This document shows, piece after piece, positions 46,582 to 57,669 of a stretch of 64,000 nt of DNA. The notes under the pieces are model-generated. The model did no database searches. It had not been told where the DNA came from and saw nothing but the letters and a program-made list of their open reading frames with translations. Source of the DNA: Bacteroidota bacterium. Lineage in GTDB: Bacteria > Bacteroidota > Bacteroidia > Bacteroidales > GCA-2711565. Within the stretch, counting starts at the first letter, position 1; each line of letters opens with the position of its first letter. The translations under genes were made by a program, and so were the position numbers. The stretch spans positions 13,971 to 77,970 of the forward strand of contig PIVJ01000002.1 in NCBI GenBank assembly GCA_003353955.1, written 5' to 3'.

Positions 46582-48693
46582 ATGAAACCCGTAATAGTAA
46601 GCTCGATGATTTTCTTTCTTTCGTTAACTTCCTGTGGGCAAACACACGAGAAAGAAGACAGCATGAATTCAACAAAACATAGATTCACAAATCATCTTAT
46701 TAATGAAAGTAGCCCTTATTTATTGCAACATGCCCACAACCCAGTGAATTGGTATCCGTGGGGAACAGAAGCGTTGGAGAAAGCAAAAAGGGAAAACAAA
46801 CTAATTATTATTAGCATAGGCTATGCTGCTTGTCATTGGTGCCATGTGATGGAGCATGAAAGTTTTGAAGATGAAGAAGTCGCCAAATTTATGAATAACA
46901 ACTTTATTGCAATAAAAATTGACCGGGAGGAAAGACCCGATATTGATCAGGTTTATATGAATGCCGTACAACTAATTTCAGGTAGAGGAGGCTGGCCATT
47001 GAACTGTATCACATTGCCTGATGGTCGCCCGATTTATGGAGGAACCTATTTTCCAAAAGCACAATGGATGGAAATGTTAACACGGGTTTCTCAATTTATA
47101 AAGCAAAATCCTGATAAAGCTGAACAACAAGCAATTGCTCTTACAGAAGGAGTCCAGTCTAATGAGATGATTTTCAAGAACACTGAAGAGGTTTCATTTA
47201 AGATAAGCGATTTAAATAGCATTTTCGATGCTTGGAAAAGCAATATCGATTATAAAAATGGAGGGCAAAAACGAGCACCAAAATTTCCATTGCCCGTTGG
47301 TTATCAATTTTTATTACAATATCATTATCTGACAAAGAATCAGGATGCGTTAAAGGCAGTTAATATCACTTTGGACAAAATGGCTGATGGCGGTATTTAC
47401 GATCAAATTGGTGGTGGTTTTGCTCGTTATTCAACTGATGCAATCTGGAAAGTACCGCATTTTGAAAAAATGCTCTATGATAACGCCCAACTTGTTAGCT
47501 TGTACTCAACTGCTTTTCAGTTAAACAAAAACCCGAATTACAAATTGATTGTTAAGGAAACACTTGCATTTATTAAAAGAGAATTGACCTCAGAGGAGGG
47601 TGGATTTTATTCTTCGTTAGATGCGGATAGCGAAGGTGTAGAAGGAAAATTTTATGTGTGGACCATGAGTGAAATTCGCAATGTATTGGGTGATCAGGCA
47701 GATTTGATAATCGATTATTACAATATTACGGAGAAAGGAAATTGGGAAAATGGAGCTAATATATTGCTGAAATCATCAAAAGACTCAAGAATTTCATTAA
47801 AGCATAAAATCTCTAAAAGTGAGTTGGAATTACGCGTATCAGATGCAAAAGGCAAATTACTAACTGCAAGAGCAAAACGAATCCGACCAGGATTGGATGA
47901 TAAAATTCTCACATCATGGAATGCCTTAATGCTGAAAGCATATGTGGATGCATACAGGGTTTTTGGCGTTGAAAATTATCTGGATGCAGCATTGAAGAAT
48001 GCAGAATTCATTATGTCTAAGATGAAATCAACAAATCACAGATTGTACAGAAATTATAAGAATGGCGAGTCGTCCATTAACGCGTTTTTAGATGATTATA
48101 CATTCACAATATCTGCTTTCATTTCATTATACCAAGCCACCTTTGACGAAAAATGGTTAGCGGTTGCACAAGATTTAACGAACTATGCCATTGATCATTT
48201 TTATGATGAAAATAGTGGAATGTTTTTTTACACCTCCGATATTGATCCTGCCTTAATAGCTCGCAAAATGGAAATTAGTGATAATGTTATTCCAGCCTCA
48301 AATTCTGAGATGGCAAAAAACGTATTCATTCTTGGGCATTATTTCTATAATGATGATTACATCCTGAAAGCAGAGATAATGCTTAATAATGTTAAAGCAG
48401 ATGCATTAATAAATGGAGCGTATTATGCAAATTGGGATATTTTAATGGCTTGGTTTGCAAGCAAACCGTACGAAGTTGCCATTGTAGGAAACAGCGTTGA
48501 AATCACACGGAAAAAATTGGATCAGCATTATTTACCGAATGTGTTTTTATCAGGTGGGAAAGAAGAAGGAAGTTTAGCATTATTAAGAAACAAACTGATT
48601 GATGGACAAACCATTATTTACGTTTGCCGGAATAAATCTTGTAAGCTTCCGGTAACTGCAGTGAAAGATGCGTTGAAGCAACTTGATAAATAA
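46582..48693 (+). CDS. thioredoxin-domain protein, YyaL/DUF255 (SSP411-like) family
   Basis: 703 aa. N-terminal signal/lipobox-like segment (LTSC), thioredoxin-like domain with CHWCHVM, C-terminal (alpha/alpha)6 epimerase-like region. Confidence 0.85.
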   Translation: MKPVIVSSMIFFLSLTSCGQTHEKEDSMNSTKHRFTNHLINESSPYLLQHAHNPVNWYPWGTEALEKAKRENKLIIISIGYAACHWCHVMEHESFEDEEVAKFMNNNFIAIKIDREERPDIDQVYMNAVQLISGRGGWPLNCITLPDGRPIYGGTYFPKAQWMEMLTRVSQFIKQNPDKAEQQAIALTEGVQSNEMIFKNTEEVSFKISDLNSIFDAWKSNIDYKNGGQKRAPKFPLPVGYQFLLQYHYLTKNQDALKAVNITLDKMADGGIYDQIGGGFARYSTDAIWKVPHFEKMLYDNAQLVSLYSTAFQLNKNPNYKLIVKETLAFIKRELTSEEGGFYSSLDADSEGVEGKFYVWTMSEIRNVLGDQADLIIDYYNITEKGNWENGANILLKSSKDSRISLKHKISKSELELRVSDAKGKLLTARAKRIRPGLDDKILTSWNALMLKAYVDAYRVFGVENYLDAALKNAEFIMSKMKSTNHRLYRNYKNGESSINAFLDDYTFTISAFISLYQATFDEKWLAVAQDLTNYAIDHFYDENSGMFFYTSDIDPALIARKMEISDNVIPASNSEMAKNVFILGHYFYNDDYILKAEIMLNNVKADALINGAYYANWDILMAWFASKPYEVAIVGNSVEITRKKLDQHYLPNVFLSGGKEEGSLALLRNKLIDGQTIIYVCRNKSCKLPVTAVKDALKQLDK

Positions 48694-48757
48694 TAAGTAG
48701 TGCCATTAGCTAATTTCACTTTTTTATTTCCAGTGTTTTAATCAGCAGGCATTAATT

Positions 48758-48878
48758 AGGCGAAGTAATCCTTCGACTTCCCGCTCAGGATCTTGTGGGT
48801 TATATTCCCCGCCCCTTGGGCGAAATAAAACAGCATCCATCATGATATCCCGTCCGCTTGCGGCGGGGAGTTTCATCC
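48758..48878. other. GC-rich structured intergenic element (three local hairpins plus a long-range complement)
   Basis: ~121 nt at about 54% G+C by hand count, in an otherwise AT-rich window. Hairpins: CGAAG-TAATC-CTTCG (48761-75), CGCCC-CTT-GGGCG (48810-22), CCCG(T)CCG-CTTG-CGGCGGG (48849-67). CCCCGCC (48807-13) also complements GGCGGGG (48862-68). Confidence 0.5.
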
Positions 48879-48889
48879 TATTATATTTT

Positions 48890-50305
48890 TTAATGAATAA
48901 GCATCATTTGAAGGTAGTAGACGCCGGCTCCTGCCAGATACCCAATGAATGCAAGCAAACTAATTCTTTTAGCATACCAGATAAAATCTATTTTTTCCAT
49001 ACCCATTGCTGCTACACCTGCAGCAGATCCAATAATTAATATACTTCCACCGGTACCGGCACAATAAGCCAGAAACTCCCAGAATACTCCGTCAACGACA
49101 AAATACGCCTGATAACCTGTTGCTGCCACATCTGCGATATCATACATTCCCATCGCACCGGCCACTAATGGCACATTATCGACAATGGCCGAAAGCACAC
49201 CGATTATCAAGTTTATGATATAAATGTTACCAATATTGTCATCCAAATAACCTGCTAATAAAGATAAATGTCCTGCTGATTGCAATGCTGACACAGCAGT
49301 TAAAATTCCTAAGAAAAAGAATATTGTTGGAACATCCACTTTTCTTAATACCCCAATAACGGTTAATTTTCTTTTATCCTCGATTGGTTTTTTACGATGC
49401 ATGATTTCAGTAACAATCCATATAACACCCAAACTAAACAGCATACCCATATATGGAGGTAGGTGAGTTATGGTTTTAAAAATTGGAACAAATAAAAGAC
49501 CACATACACCCAGAATTAAAATCAGCTTACGCTCATAAGCAGTGGTAAATTCTTTTGTTTCGTCTGCACTTAATACAGGCCGGGTAACCTCTCCTTTTAC
49601 TGTGAATGTTAATACTAAAAGTGGCACTACCATCGTCACAACACTTGGCAAAAACACCATAGCAATGATGTTGCCTGCCGTGATCTGTCCACCGATCCAA
49701 AGCATAATCGTTGTCACATCACCAATTGGCGACCAAGCTCCTCCTGCATTTGCAGCAAGTACAACCATACTGGCAAAGAACCAACGTGTTTTTTTATCAT
49801 CAATAAGTTTTCGTATTAAGGCTACCAATACAATAGTCGTTGTTAAATTATCAAGCGCAGCAGACATAAAGAAAGTCAACACACTTAATACCCATAACAG
49901 CTTAACTTTATTGGTCGTTTTTATTTTATCAGTAATAAGTTTAAATCCCTGATGCTGGTCAACAGTTTCAACGATTGTCATTGCTCCCAACAAGAAGAAT
50001 AAGATTGTTGAAATTTCAGCCAGGTGGTGCATTACATCATAATGGGTAATAAACCCAAGCATATCTCCGGAGGTAGGATTTAGGATACCGTATTCATGCA
50101 AATATTCACGGTAGGATTGACTTAGGAGTTCTCCGGCATTATTAACCAGACTTAGAACATCCACACGTGCAAACACAAAGATTATCCATAACAACATCCC
50201 AAGTACGAGTGCTGATGCAGCCTTGTCAATTTTCAGGGGATGCTCAAGTGCGATAGCTGTATATCCAAGGACAAACACTACTACCATTAAAACAAACAAT
50301 TCCAT
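48890..50305 (-). CDS. nhaD: NhaD/ArsB-superfamily Na+/H+ antiporter
   Basis: 471-aa polytopic membrane protein. Its pattern resembles NhaD-type antiporters; the symbol is tentative. Confidence 0.7.
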   Translation of the reverse strand: MELFVLMVVVFVLGYTAIALEHPLKIDKAASALVLGMLLWIIFVFARVDVLSLVNNAGELLSQSYREYLHEYGILNPTSGDMLGFITHYDVMHHLAEISTILFFLLGAMTIVETVDQHQGFKLITDKIKTTNKVKLLWVLSVLTFFMSAALDNLTTTIVLVALIRKLIDDKKTRWFFASMVVLAANAGGAWSPIGDVTTIMLWIGGQITAGNIIAMVFLPSVVTMVVPLLVLTFTVKGEVTRPVLSADETKEFTTAYERKLILILGVCGLLFVPIFKTITHLPPYMGMLFSLGVIWIVTEIMHRKKPIEDKRKLTVIGVLRKVDVPTIFFFLGILTAVSALQSAGHLSLLAGYLDDNIGNIYIINLIIGVLSAIVDNVPLVAGAMGMYDIADVAATGYQAYFVVDGVFWEFLAYCAGTGGSILIIGSAAGVAAMGMEKIDFIWYAKRISLLAFIGYLAGAGVYYLQMMLIH

Positions 50306-50576
50306 TTAAATAGTTAAAATTTATATTAGCGCAAAATTAAAAAAGTTTTTAACAAGTGAACTATAATCCATATTTAATTCGATGCATATAGGTGATATTT
50401 GTCATAAAAAAACTGATCCTTAAGCACTTTCTACTTCTGCTTAATAAGCAATCAGAAGTACAGATAATAATTTTACTAAAACGAAGTTATATTAACAAAC
50501 TACTGTTAAAAATTTCATCGCTTTAAAAATCTTACAATCTTGTTTAGTAGTACATTTATCTCAAAATTAAAATAGA

Positions 50577-51266
50577 ATGCTTAACCTAATATTATTACAG
50601 CTCTCCAAGCAGGCAAGCCTGGGAGGTGAAGAACCAACTGAAATTACGATATCGGTCTTAGATCTGGCTATTAAAGGTGGATGGATTATTGCCGTGCTTG
50701 GGGTCTTTTCTATCATTGCCATGTATATTTTTATCGAAAGATATTTTGTAATCATCAAGGCGTCACGTGAGGAAAATAACTTTATGAATAATATTCGTGA
50801 CTTTATTCATAGTGGACGAATTGATGCTGCCCTTTCATTATGCAAACATAATTCGAGTCCAATATCACTAATGATTGATAAAGGAATACAACGTATTGGA
50901 AAACCTCTGGGAGATATTAATGCAGCAATTGAAAACGTTGGAAAACTGGAAGTTTCAAGACTGGAGAAAAATATTGCCGGATTGGCAACTATTTCCGGTG
51001 CTGCACCAATGCTTGGGTTTTTAGGAACGGTGATTGGGATGATTCGTGCTTTTTATGATATGTCGATGGCCGGAAATAACATTGATATTTCCCTATTGTC
51101 AGGCGGAATTTATCAGGCAATGGTAACCACAGTTGCCGGACTCATTGTTGGAATTATGGCATATATCGCTTATAATATTTTGGTTGCACGCATCGAAAAA
51201 CTTATTTATAAACTTGAGGCACGTGCCACTGAATTTATGGATCTGTTACACGAACCAGCTAAATAA
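50577..51266 (+). CDS. exbB: MotA/TolQ/ExbB proton-channel protein
   Basis: 229 aa, 3 TM helices, conserved C-terminal segment (ISGAAPMLGFLGTVIGMI...GIYQAMVTTVAGL). Confidence 0.9.
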   Translation: MLNLILLQLSKQASLGGEEPTEITISVLDLAIKGGWIIAVLGVFSIIAMYIFIERYFVIIKASREENNFMNNIRDFIHSGRIDAALSLCKHNSSPISLMIDKGIQRIGKPLGDINAAIENVGKLEVSRLEKNIAGLATISGAAPMLGFLGTVIGMIRAFYDMSMAGNNIDISLLSGGIYQAMVTTVAGLIVGIMAYIAYNILVARIEKLIYKLEARATEFMDLLHEPAK

Positions 51267-51269
51267 AAT

Positions 51270-51683
51270 TTGATGGCTATACAATCAAGAAATAAACGCA
51301 AAATAGATTTCAGCACGGCATCTATGTCGGATTTGGTATTTCTATTACTCATCTTTTTTATGCTTACCTCAACATTGGTAAGCCCCAACGCAATTAAATT
51401 ACTGCTCCCAACCAGTAGTAGTAAAACTATGGCGCGACAAACCACAACGATTTATATAAATGATAAATATCAATATTTCGTGAATGAAAATCGCGTTATG
51501 CAGAATCAATTGGAAGATCGGATTCGTGTTAATATTGCCGATCAGGGTGAAGCTTCGATTGTACTCAGATCTGACCAATCGGTTCCCGTGCAATATGTGG
51601 TAAATGTTATTGATGCGGTAAATAATATCAACAAAAGATATAATACCAAGCATAAAGTAATTCTGGCAACCAAGCCAAAGTGA
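51270..51683 (+). CDS. exbD: ExbD/TolR biopolymer transport protein
   Basis: 137 aa with an N-terminal TM helix (MSDLVFLLLIFFMLTS), directly after exbB. Confidence 0.9.
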   Translation: MMAIQSRNKRKIDFSTASMSDLVFLLLIFFMLTSTLVSPNAIKLLLPTSSSKTMARQTTTIYINDKYQYFVNENRVMQNQLEDRIRVNIADQGEASIVLRSDQSVPVQYVVNVIDAVNNINKRYNTKHKVILATKPK

Positions 51684-52537
51684 TGCAAAATAAAAAGGAT
51701 AAAACAAGAGGAATAATTGGTACAATAATTTATCATGCCCTGCTATTGTTGTTATTAATATTCCTTGGATTAACCACGCCATTGCCCCTTCCGGGAGAAG
51801 AAGGTGTGGAAGTAAACATAGGCAATAGCGAAATGGGAAGCGGTGTAATTCAACAACCCATACCGGAGGAAGCTCCTCCTACCCCGGTTCCTGAAGAAGT
51901 AACTGAAGAAGAAATTACAGAGGAAATCCCTGAGGAAATACCCGAAGAAAAATCTCCAGATCCGATCATTGAAGAAGAGGTAATACAGCAAGAGATTGAG
52001 GAAGCTCCCCAAATTATAAAACCTGAAGAAATTAGAAAGGAAGAACCAAAAAAAGAAATAAAACCCACGGAAGAAAAGCCGGTTGAAAAAGTGGTAGAAA
52101 AAAAGCCCGACCCGGTGGTGAATCCAAATGCATTATATCAACGAAAGAACACAAATACCCAAGGTTCAAATCAGGGTATTACGCGTAGCCAAGGAGATCA
52201 GGGCGAAGTTCACGGAACACCTGAATCCGTAAATTACGAAGGTTTGGGTGGAGAAGGTGAAGAAATTTCGTATAGCCTGACAGGCCGTGGCGCCAAACAT
52301 TTACCAAAGCCTTCCTATGATTCGCCCGAACAAGGCCGGGTTGTCGTAAATATTTGGGTGGATCGACAAGGTAATGTTACCCGAGCAGATGCCGGTGCAA
52401 AAGGAACTAATATTTCGGATCTCAATCTTCGGCGTCTTGCCCTTGAAGCTGCCTTACGAGCAAAATTTTCAGAAGATCCTTCAGCCACTGATCTTCAAAA
52501 AGGAACCATCACCTACAATTTTATTCGGTTAAACTAG
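51683..52537 (+). CDS. tonB: TonB-family energy transducer
   Basis: ~284 aa. N-terminal TM helix, long Glu/Pro/Lys-rich spacer with EEI(T/P)EE repeats, C-terminal TonB_C-like domain. The ATG overlaps the exbD stop (TGATG). Confidence 0.85.
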   Translation: MQNKKDKTRGIIGTIIYHALLLLLLIFLGLTTPLPLPGEEGVEVNIGNSEMGSGVIQQPIPEEAPPTPVPEEVTEEEITEEIPEEIPEEKSPDPIIEEEVIQQEIEEAPQIIKPEEIRKEEPKKEIKPTEEKPVEKVVEKKPDPVVNPNALYQRKNTNTQGSNQGITRSQGDQGEVHGTPESVNYEGLGGEGEEISYSLTGRGAKHLPKPSYDSPEQGRVVVNIWVDRQGNVTRADAGAKGTNISDLNLRRLALEAALRAKFSEDPSATDLQKGTITYNFIRLN

Positions 52538-52654
52538 GGTCGACTTTCTTTTTTTATAAATCCTGCTTTAGTTTAGGAATGCTTAATTAATTTGGAAGAA
52601 AAAATAAATTAGAATAATTACTTTTATAATCTAATAAAACCTATAAGCGATCCC

Positions 52655-53719
52655 ATGAATATAATATACCATCAATTAGCCGAAAAACTCGACCAAATTC
52701 CTAACGGTTATCCAAAAACAAAAAGCGGTGTTGAACTAAAAATTTTGGCTAAACTTTTTACAAAGGATGAAGCAGCCTTGGCAACCAATTTAAGCTTGGA
52801 ACCTAAAACCATTAAAGAAATTGCAGAAGTCAATCAGGCAGCAGAAACTGATGCAAAGCGGTTGTTACTAAGCATGGTAAAGAAAGGTTTAATAGAAATA
52901 AAGCGTGTTGAAGGCAAGGGCCTGGTATTTCTTCTGATGCCATTTGTTGTTGGTTTTTACGAACGTCAGAATGGGAATATTGATAAGGAGTTTTCCGAAT
53001 TATTTGAAGAGTATTATCATGAAAGTTTTCATCAGGTAATGACGATTAATCCTTCGGTACACCGAGTTATTCCGGTTGAAAGAAGCATCCCTGTAAATAT
53101 TGATGTAATGCCTTACGAAAAAGCCTCAACTTATTTAGATGTAGCAAATTCTTGGGGTGTTTTAAAATGCATCTGCCGCGTTCAGAAACAATTAATTGGT
53201 GAAGGTTGTAATCATACCGTTGAAAACTGTCTGGCTTTTTCCACTAAAACCGGAGCTTTCGACCGAACGGATGCCATCCGAACCCTCACCAAAGATGAAG
53301 CTCTTCAAATTTTAGATGATGCGAATAAAGAAGGATTGGTTCATTCAACCAATAACGCCCAACAAGATGTTACTTACATTTGCAACTGCTGTACTTGCTC
53401 GTGTGGCGTACTCAGGGGGATTACTGAACACGGTTGTTTAAGTTCTGTTGCCAGCTCTGACTTTTATGCCAAGGTGGATGAAAATTTATGCAATGGTTGT
53501 GAAATATGCATAGATCGATGCCAATTTAGTGCGCTCACAATGGTTGATGGTATTAGTACAGTTGATACTAAATTTTGTTTCGGTTGTGGATTATGTATTA
53601 CAACATGTAGTACAGAAGCTTTGACATTGGTTCAAAAAGAAGTCGATAAATTGATCGCTCCACCTTTATCCGAAGAAGAGTGGAGAAAAACTAGAACCAT
53701 TTCGAGAACAAGTTTGTAG
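52655..53719 (+). CDS. winged-helix + 4Fe-4S dicluster domain protein (function unknown)
   Basis: 354 aa. N-terminal wHTH-like region, Cys-rich middle (CICRVQ...CNH..ENC, CNCCTCSCG) and two ferredoxin-type CxxCxxCxxxC motifs at the C-terminus. Confidence 0.7.
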   Translation: MNIIYHQLAEKLDQIPNGYPKTKSGVELKILAKLFTKDEAALATNLSLEPKTIKEIAEVNQAAETDAKRLLLSMVKKGLIEIKRVEGKGLVFLLMPFVVGFYERQNGNIDKEFSELFEEYYHESFHQVMTINPSVHRVIPVERSIPVNIDVMPYEKASTYLDVANSWGVLKCICRVQKQLIGEGCNHTVENCLAFSTKTGAFDRTDAIRTLTKDEALQILDDANKEGLVHSTNNAQQDVTYICNCCTCSCGVLRGITEHGCLSSVASSDFYAKVDENLCNGCEICIDRCQFSALTMVDGISTVDTKFCFGCGLCITTCSTEALTLVQKEVDKLIAPPLSEEEWRKTRTISRTSL

Positions 53720-53809
53720 ATAAAACCTTTGCTTTCTTTTATTCCTGTTTGATTTTTCATAATATTGCTTAAATTAACTAATCTATTTCCGCTTATATAA
53801 AAAACCAAC

Positions 53810-56194
53810 ATGAAGAAACAGCTACACTTTTTAATTGCACTAGGCATTGCCTTTTTCTTTCTAACAACAATATCTTATGCCCAAGTTGGTAATAAATCTC
53901 AACTAAGCATTAAAGAAATTATGCAAGGCGATGATTTTGTTGGGCATCTTCCATCCAGATTACAATGGTCTGATGACAGTAAAATACTTTATTTTAATTG
54001 GAATACTGAAAACGCGATCAGTGACTCATTGTACACTTACAAACTATCCTCCGAAGAAATTTCAAAAGTGAATTTCGAAACACAATGGGAAATGCCATCA
54101 AATCGAGCAATTTTCAATAAAGATAAGAGCAAGAAACTATATGCCAAAAACGGGGATCTCTTTCTGCTGGATTTAAGTAATTATGCAAAGACACAAATAA
54201 CCAATACACTTGCTCGCGAAAGTAATCCACATTTCACAGCCAATGAAAGCAAGGTGGCTTACAGAAATGGAAATAATCTGTTCACCTGGGAAATTTCCAC
54301 CGGAAAAACTGTACAAGTAACAGATTTCAAAAAGGATGCCCTCCGGGATAAACCAGTTGATGATAAAGATCAATGGCTAAAAGATGATCAGATAGAAATG
54401 TTCAATATCTTACAAGAAAATAAGGAACGGAAAGAGGAAGAAAAGAAATATGCAGATCAATCAAAACTAAAACGTCCACTACCCATTCCTTTAAAAGGGA
54501 TGATTGTAATGTCGGTGCAATTAAGCCCTGATGGAAATTACGTTACTTACATTATGACGAAACGATCACCCTCAAAACAAACAATCGTTCCACAATGGGT
54601 GAGCGAATCCGGCTATACAGGAGATCAAAACACGCGATCAAAAGTGGGAGACAAACCTGCCACTTACAAAATGTTTATCTATGACATAAACAACAGAAAA
54701 ACCTATGCTGTAGAATCTGATTCTCTTGAAGGAATAGATTATGTTCCGGAATACACCTTGGATTATCCTGACAAGAAATATGAAAACAAGGATAGAATTG
54801 GATCAATCTCGGCTCCTGTATGGAGTGAAGACGGACAACGTGCTTTTATTGAAATCAATTCAAACGATTATAAAGATCGCTGGTTGGCTTTACTAAACAT
54901 TGCGGATGGCACCATTGAAACGATCGAACATCAGCATGACGAGGCATGGATTGCTGGCCCGGGCATCGGTTGGTTTAGCGAGAAAGCCTTAGGATGGATG
55001 CCGGACGATAGGAGTATTTGGTTTGTTTCCGAAGTATCTGGCTACGCCCATCTTTATTCAAAAGATGTTGTAAGTAAAAAAATAAAGGCACTTACAAAAG
55101 GAAAATTCGAAGTATTCACACCCCAGATTTCAAATGATAAAAAATATTGGTATTTCACTTCCAGCAAAGAGCATTCCGGTGAACGTCATTTCTACAGCAT
55201 GCCTATTAACGGAGGCAAGGCTCAGAGAATTACGACAATGACTGGAAATAATGAAGTTGAACTTTCACCTGATGAGAAATATTTGGCCATCAGATATTCA
55301 TACTCTAATAAACCTTGGGAAATCTTTCTAATGAAGAATCCGTTGATTTCAGGACAAGATGAAAATCTAGTGCAAATTACTAAATCTACTACCGAGAATT
55401 TTAAAAATTACGAATGGCGTGTTCCTGAAAACATCACCTTTAAAGCTGAAGATGGCGCTAAAGTCCATGCTCGTTTATATCAACCCAGAGCAGAGGTGAA
55501 AAATAAGGCTGCAGTAATTTTTGTACATGGAGCCGGCTATCTTCAAAATGCACACAAATGGTGGAGTTCGTACGGTCGTGAATATATGTTCCATAATATT
55601 CTTGCTGATAATGGCTATACTGTTTTGGATATTGATTACCGAGCCAGTTCAGGATATGGGCGTGATTGGAGAACCGGGATTTATCGCCATATGGGAGGGA
55701 AAGACCTTTCTGATCAGGTGGACGGCGTAAAACATCTGATTGATAAGTACGACATTGATCCAGAAAAAGCAGGAATTTACGGAGGATCGTATGGTGGATT
55801 TATCACCTTAATGGCCATGTTTAATGAACCCAAAACTTTTAAAGCCGGCGCGGCATTACGTTCGGTAACCGATTGGGCACATTATAATCACGGCTATACT
55901 GCAAGAATATTAAACACACCAGCCACTGATAGTTTAGCATACCGTAGAAGTTCACCCATTTATTTTGCAGAAGGATTGCAGGGAAAGTTATTAATGCTTC
56001 ACGGTATGATAGATGACAATGTTCACTTTCAAGATGTGGTTAGATTATCTCAGCGATTTATTGAACTGGGAAAAGAAGATTGGGAAATGGCAATATTCCC
56101 TGTTGAACGGCATGGCTTTACGAAAGCAAGTAGCTGGACTGATGAATATACCCGTATCTTTAAATTATTTCAAGAAACATTATTGGACAAATAA
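53810..56194 (+). CDS. S9-family serine peptidase (DPP-IV/prolyl-oligopeptidase-like)
   Basis: 794 aa. Signal peptide, beta-propeller N-domain, C-terminal alpha/beta hydrolase with GGSYGG (Ser), HGMIDDNV (Asp) and ERHGF (His). Confidence 0.88.
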   Translation: MKKQLHFLIALGIAFFFLTTISYAQVGNKSQLSIKEIMQGDDFVGHLPSRLQWSDDSKILYFNWNTENAISDSLYTYKLSSEEISKVNFETQWEMPSNRAIFNKDKSKKLYAKNGDLFLLDLSNYAKTQITNTLARESNPHFTANESKVAYRNGNNLFTWEISTGKTVQVTDFKKDALRDKPVDDKDQWLKDDQIEMFNILQENKERKEEEKKYADQSKLKRPLPIPLKGMIVMSVQLSPDGNYVTYIMTKRSPSKQTIVPQWVSESGYTGDQNTRSKVGDKPATYKMFIYDINNRKTYAVESDSLEGIDYVPEYTLDYPDKKYENKDRIGSISAPVWSEDGQRAFIEINSNDYKDRWLALLNIADGTIETIEHQHDEAWIAGPGIGWFSEKALGWMPDDRSIWFVSEVSGYAHLYSKDVVSKKIKALTKGKFEVFTPQISNDKKYWYFTSSKEHSGERHFYSMPINGGKAQRITTMTGNNEVELSPDEKYLAIRYSYSNKPWEIFLMKNPLISGQDENLVQITKSTTENFKNYEWRVPENITFKAEDGAKVHARLYQPRAEVKNKAAVIFVHGAGYLQNAHKWWSSYGREYMFHNILADNGYTVLDIDYRASSGYGRDWRTGIYRHMGGKDLSDQVDGVKHLIDKYDIDPEKAGIYGGSYGGFITLMAMFNEPKTFKAGAALRSVTDWAHYNHGYTARILNTPATDSLAYRRSSPIYFAEGLQGKLLMLHGMIDDNVHFQDVVRLSQRFIELGKEDWEMAIFPVERHGFTKASSWTDEYTRIFKLFQETLLDK

Positions 56195-56218
56195 TATCAT
56201 TTTGATTACTTTTATTAA

Positions 56219-57502
56219 ATGACATACCCTGAAACCCTAAATTATTTATTTAGTCAATTACCGATGTACCAACGTGTGGGACCGGCTGCTTATAAGGCAA
56301 ATCTTAATAATACCATTGCCTTAATGAAACATTTGGGTAACCCACACGAAAACTTTAAATCCGTTCATATTGCCGGCACCAATGGTAAGGGTTCTGTTGC
56401 TCACCTCATGGCTTCGGTATTTCAATCTGCCGGATATAAAACAGGGTTGTATACCTCCCCTCACTTAAAGGATTTTCGCGAGCGAATTAAAATTAATGGT
56501 GAGATGATTTCCGAAGATATTGTAACAACCTTTGTAAAACTCAACAAAAAAGCCATTAAATCAATTCAACCCTCATTCTTCGAAATGACGGTGGGAATGG
56601 CTTTTCAATATTTCTCTGATAAAGAAGTAGACATTGCCATTGTTGAAACCGGAATGGGAGGTCGTTTAGATTCAACCAATATTTTAAATCCTGAACTCTC
56701 AGTTATCACCAATATTGGCCTCGACCATATGCAACTTCTGGGTGATACCATTGAAAAAATCGCACAAGAAAAAGCAGCGATAATCAAAAAAGAAACGCCT
56801 GTTATCATCGGACAAATGCGATTGGAATTGAAAGAAATCTTTACAACAATGGCGGAAAAGAAATTAGCACCCATTTATTTTACAAGTGAGCATTTCGAAG
56901 CTAAACTTCTTTCAAACACCTCAAAAAATACCGAATATGATATCTGGAAAGAATCTGAACTTTATTTGGAACATTTAATTTGTCCGTTACTGGGTAATTA
57001 TCAAGTCGATAATCTACTCACCTTATTTCAGGTATTTGATATTTTGGCTGATAAATTTGGTATTAGCAAAAACATACTGGTTGAAGGAATTGAAAATGTA
57101 ATTAATAATACTGGTTTTAAGGGACGATGGCAGATCTTATCAACTAATCCTATGACGATTTGCGATACGGCTCATAATAAGGATGGTATAAAAGCAGTTG
57201 TAAATCAATTGCAACAAATGAGTTTTTCAAAATTACATTTCGTGATTGGCATGGTGGACGATAAAAATATTAGCGATATTTTAATTTTACTTCCACAAAA
57301 TGCAGTTTATTATTTTTGCAAAGCAGGTATTCCACGTGGTCTTGATGAAACTCTTTTGGAAGAAGCAGCACATATAGTCGGACTCAGGGGTAAATCATAT
57401 AGTTCAGTTCGGGAGGCCTATAACTCAGCCGTGAATAATGCCGGAATTAATGACCTTGTTTTTATTAGTGGCAGTACGTTTGTAGTGGCGGAGGTTGTTT
57501 AA
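56219..57502 (+). CDS. folC: bifunctional folylpolyglutamate synthase/dihydrofolate synthase
   Basis: 427 aa, Mur-ligase fold with HIAGTNGKGS P-loop and a typical FolC N-terminus (YPETLNYLFSQLPMYQRVG). Confidence 0.92.
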   Translation: MTYPETLNYLFSQLPMYQRVGPAAYKANLNNTIALMKHLGNPHENFKSVHIAGTNGKGSVAHLMASVFQSAGYKTGLYTSPHLKDFRERIKINGEMISEDIVTTFVKLNKKAIKSIQPSFFEMTVGMAFQYFSDKEVDIAIVETGMGGRLDSTNILNPELSVITNIGLDHMQLLGDTIEKIAQEKAAIIKKETPVIIGQMRLELKEIFTTMAEKKLAPIYFTSEHFEAKLLSNTSKNTEYDIWKESELYLEHLICPLLGNYQVDNLLTLFQVFDILADKFGISKNILVEGIENVINNTGFKGRWQILSTNPMTICDTAHNKDGIKAVVNQLQQMSFSKLHFVIGMVDDKNISDILILLPQNAVYYFCKAGIPRGLDETLLEEAAHIVGLRGKSYSSVREAYNSAVNNAGINDLVFISGSTFVVAEVV

Positions 57503-57669
57503 AGGAAAGCATTTTCAAAGAAAAAATTCAGGATGATGTACTATTGAAGATATCGTCCCAACTGCAGGAATATTACTTTTGATATACTGAAATGAACTCA
57601 GGGTGACAATGCACCCATTAATCTATTAGCACATAAGCAAAACTTGTCCCTCCAAAGGCGTTGATTAAC

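Noticed and set aside
48842-49039. 65-aa plus-strand ORF MISRPLAAGSF...
   Set aside because: It overlaps the nhaD 3' end antisense and starts inside the GC-rich element, with no supporting features.
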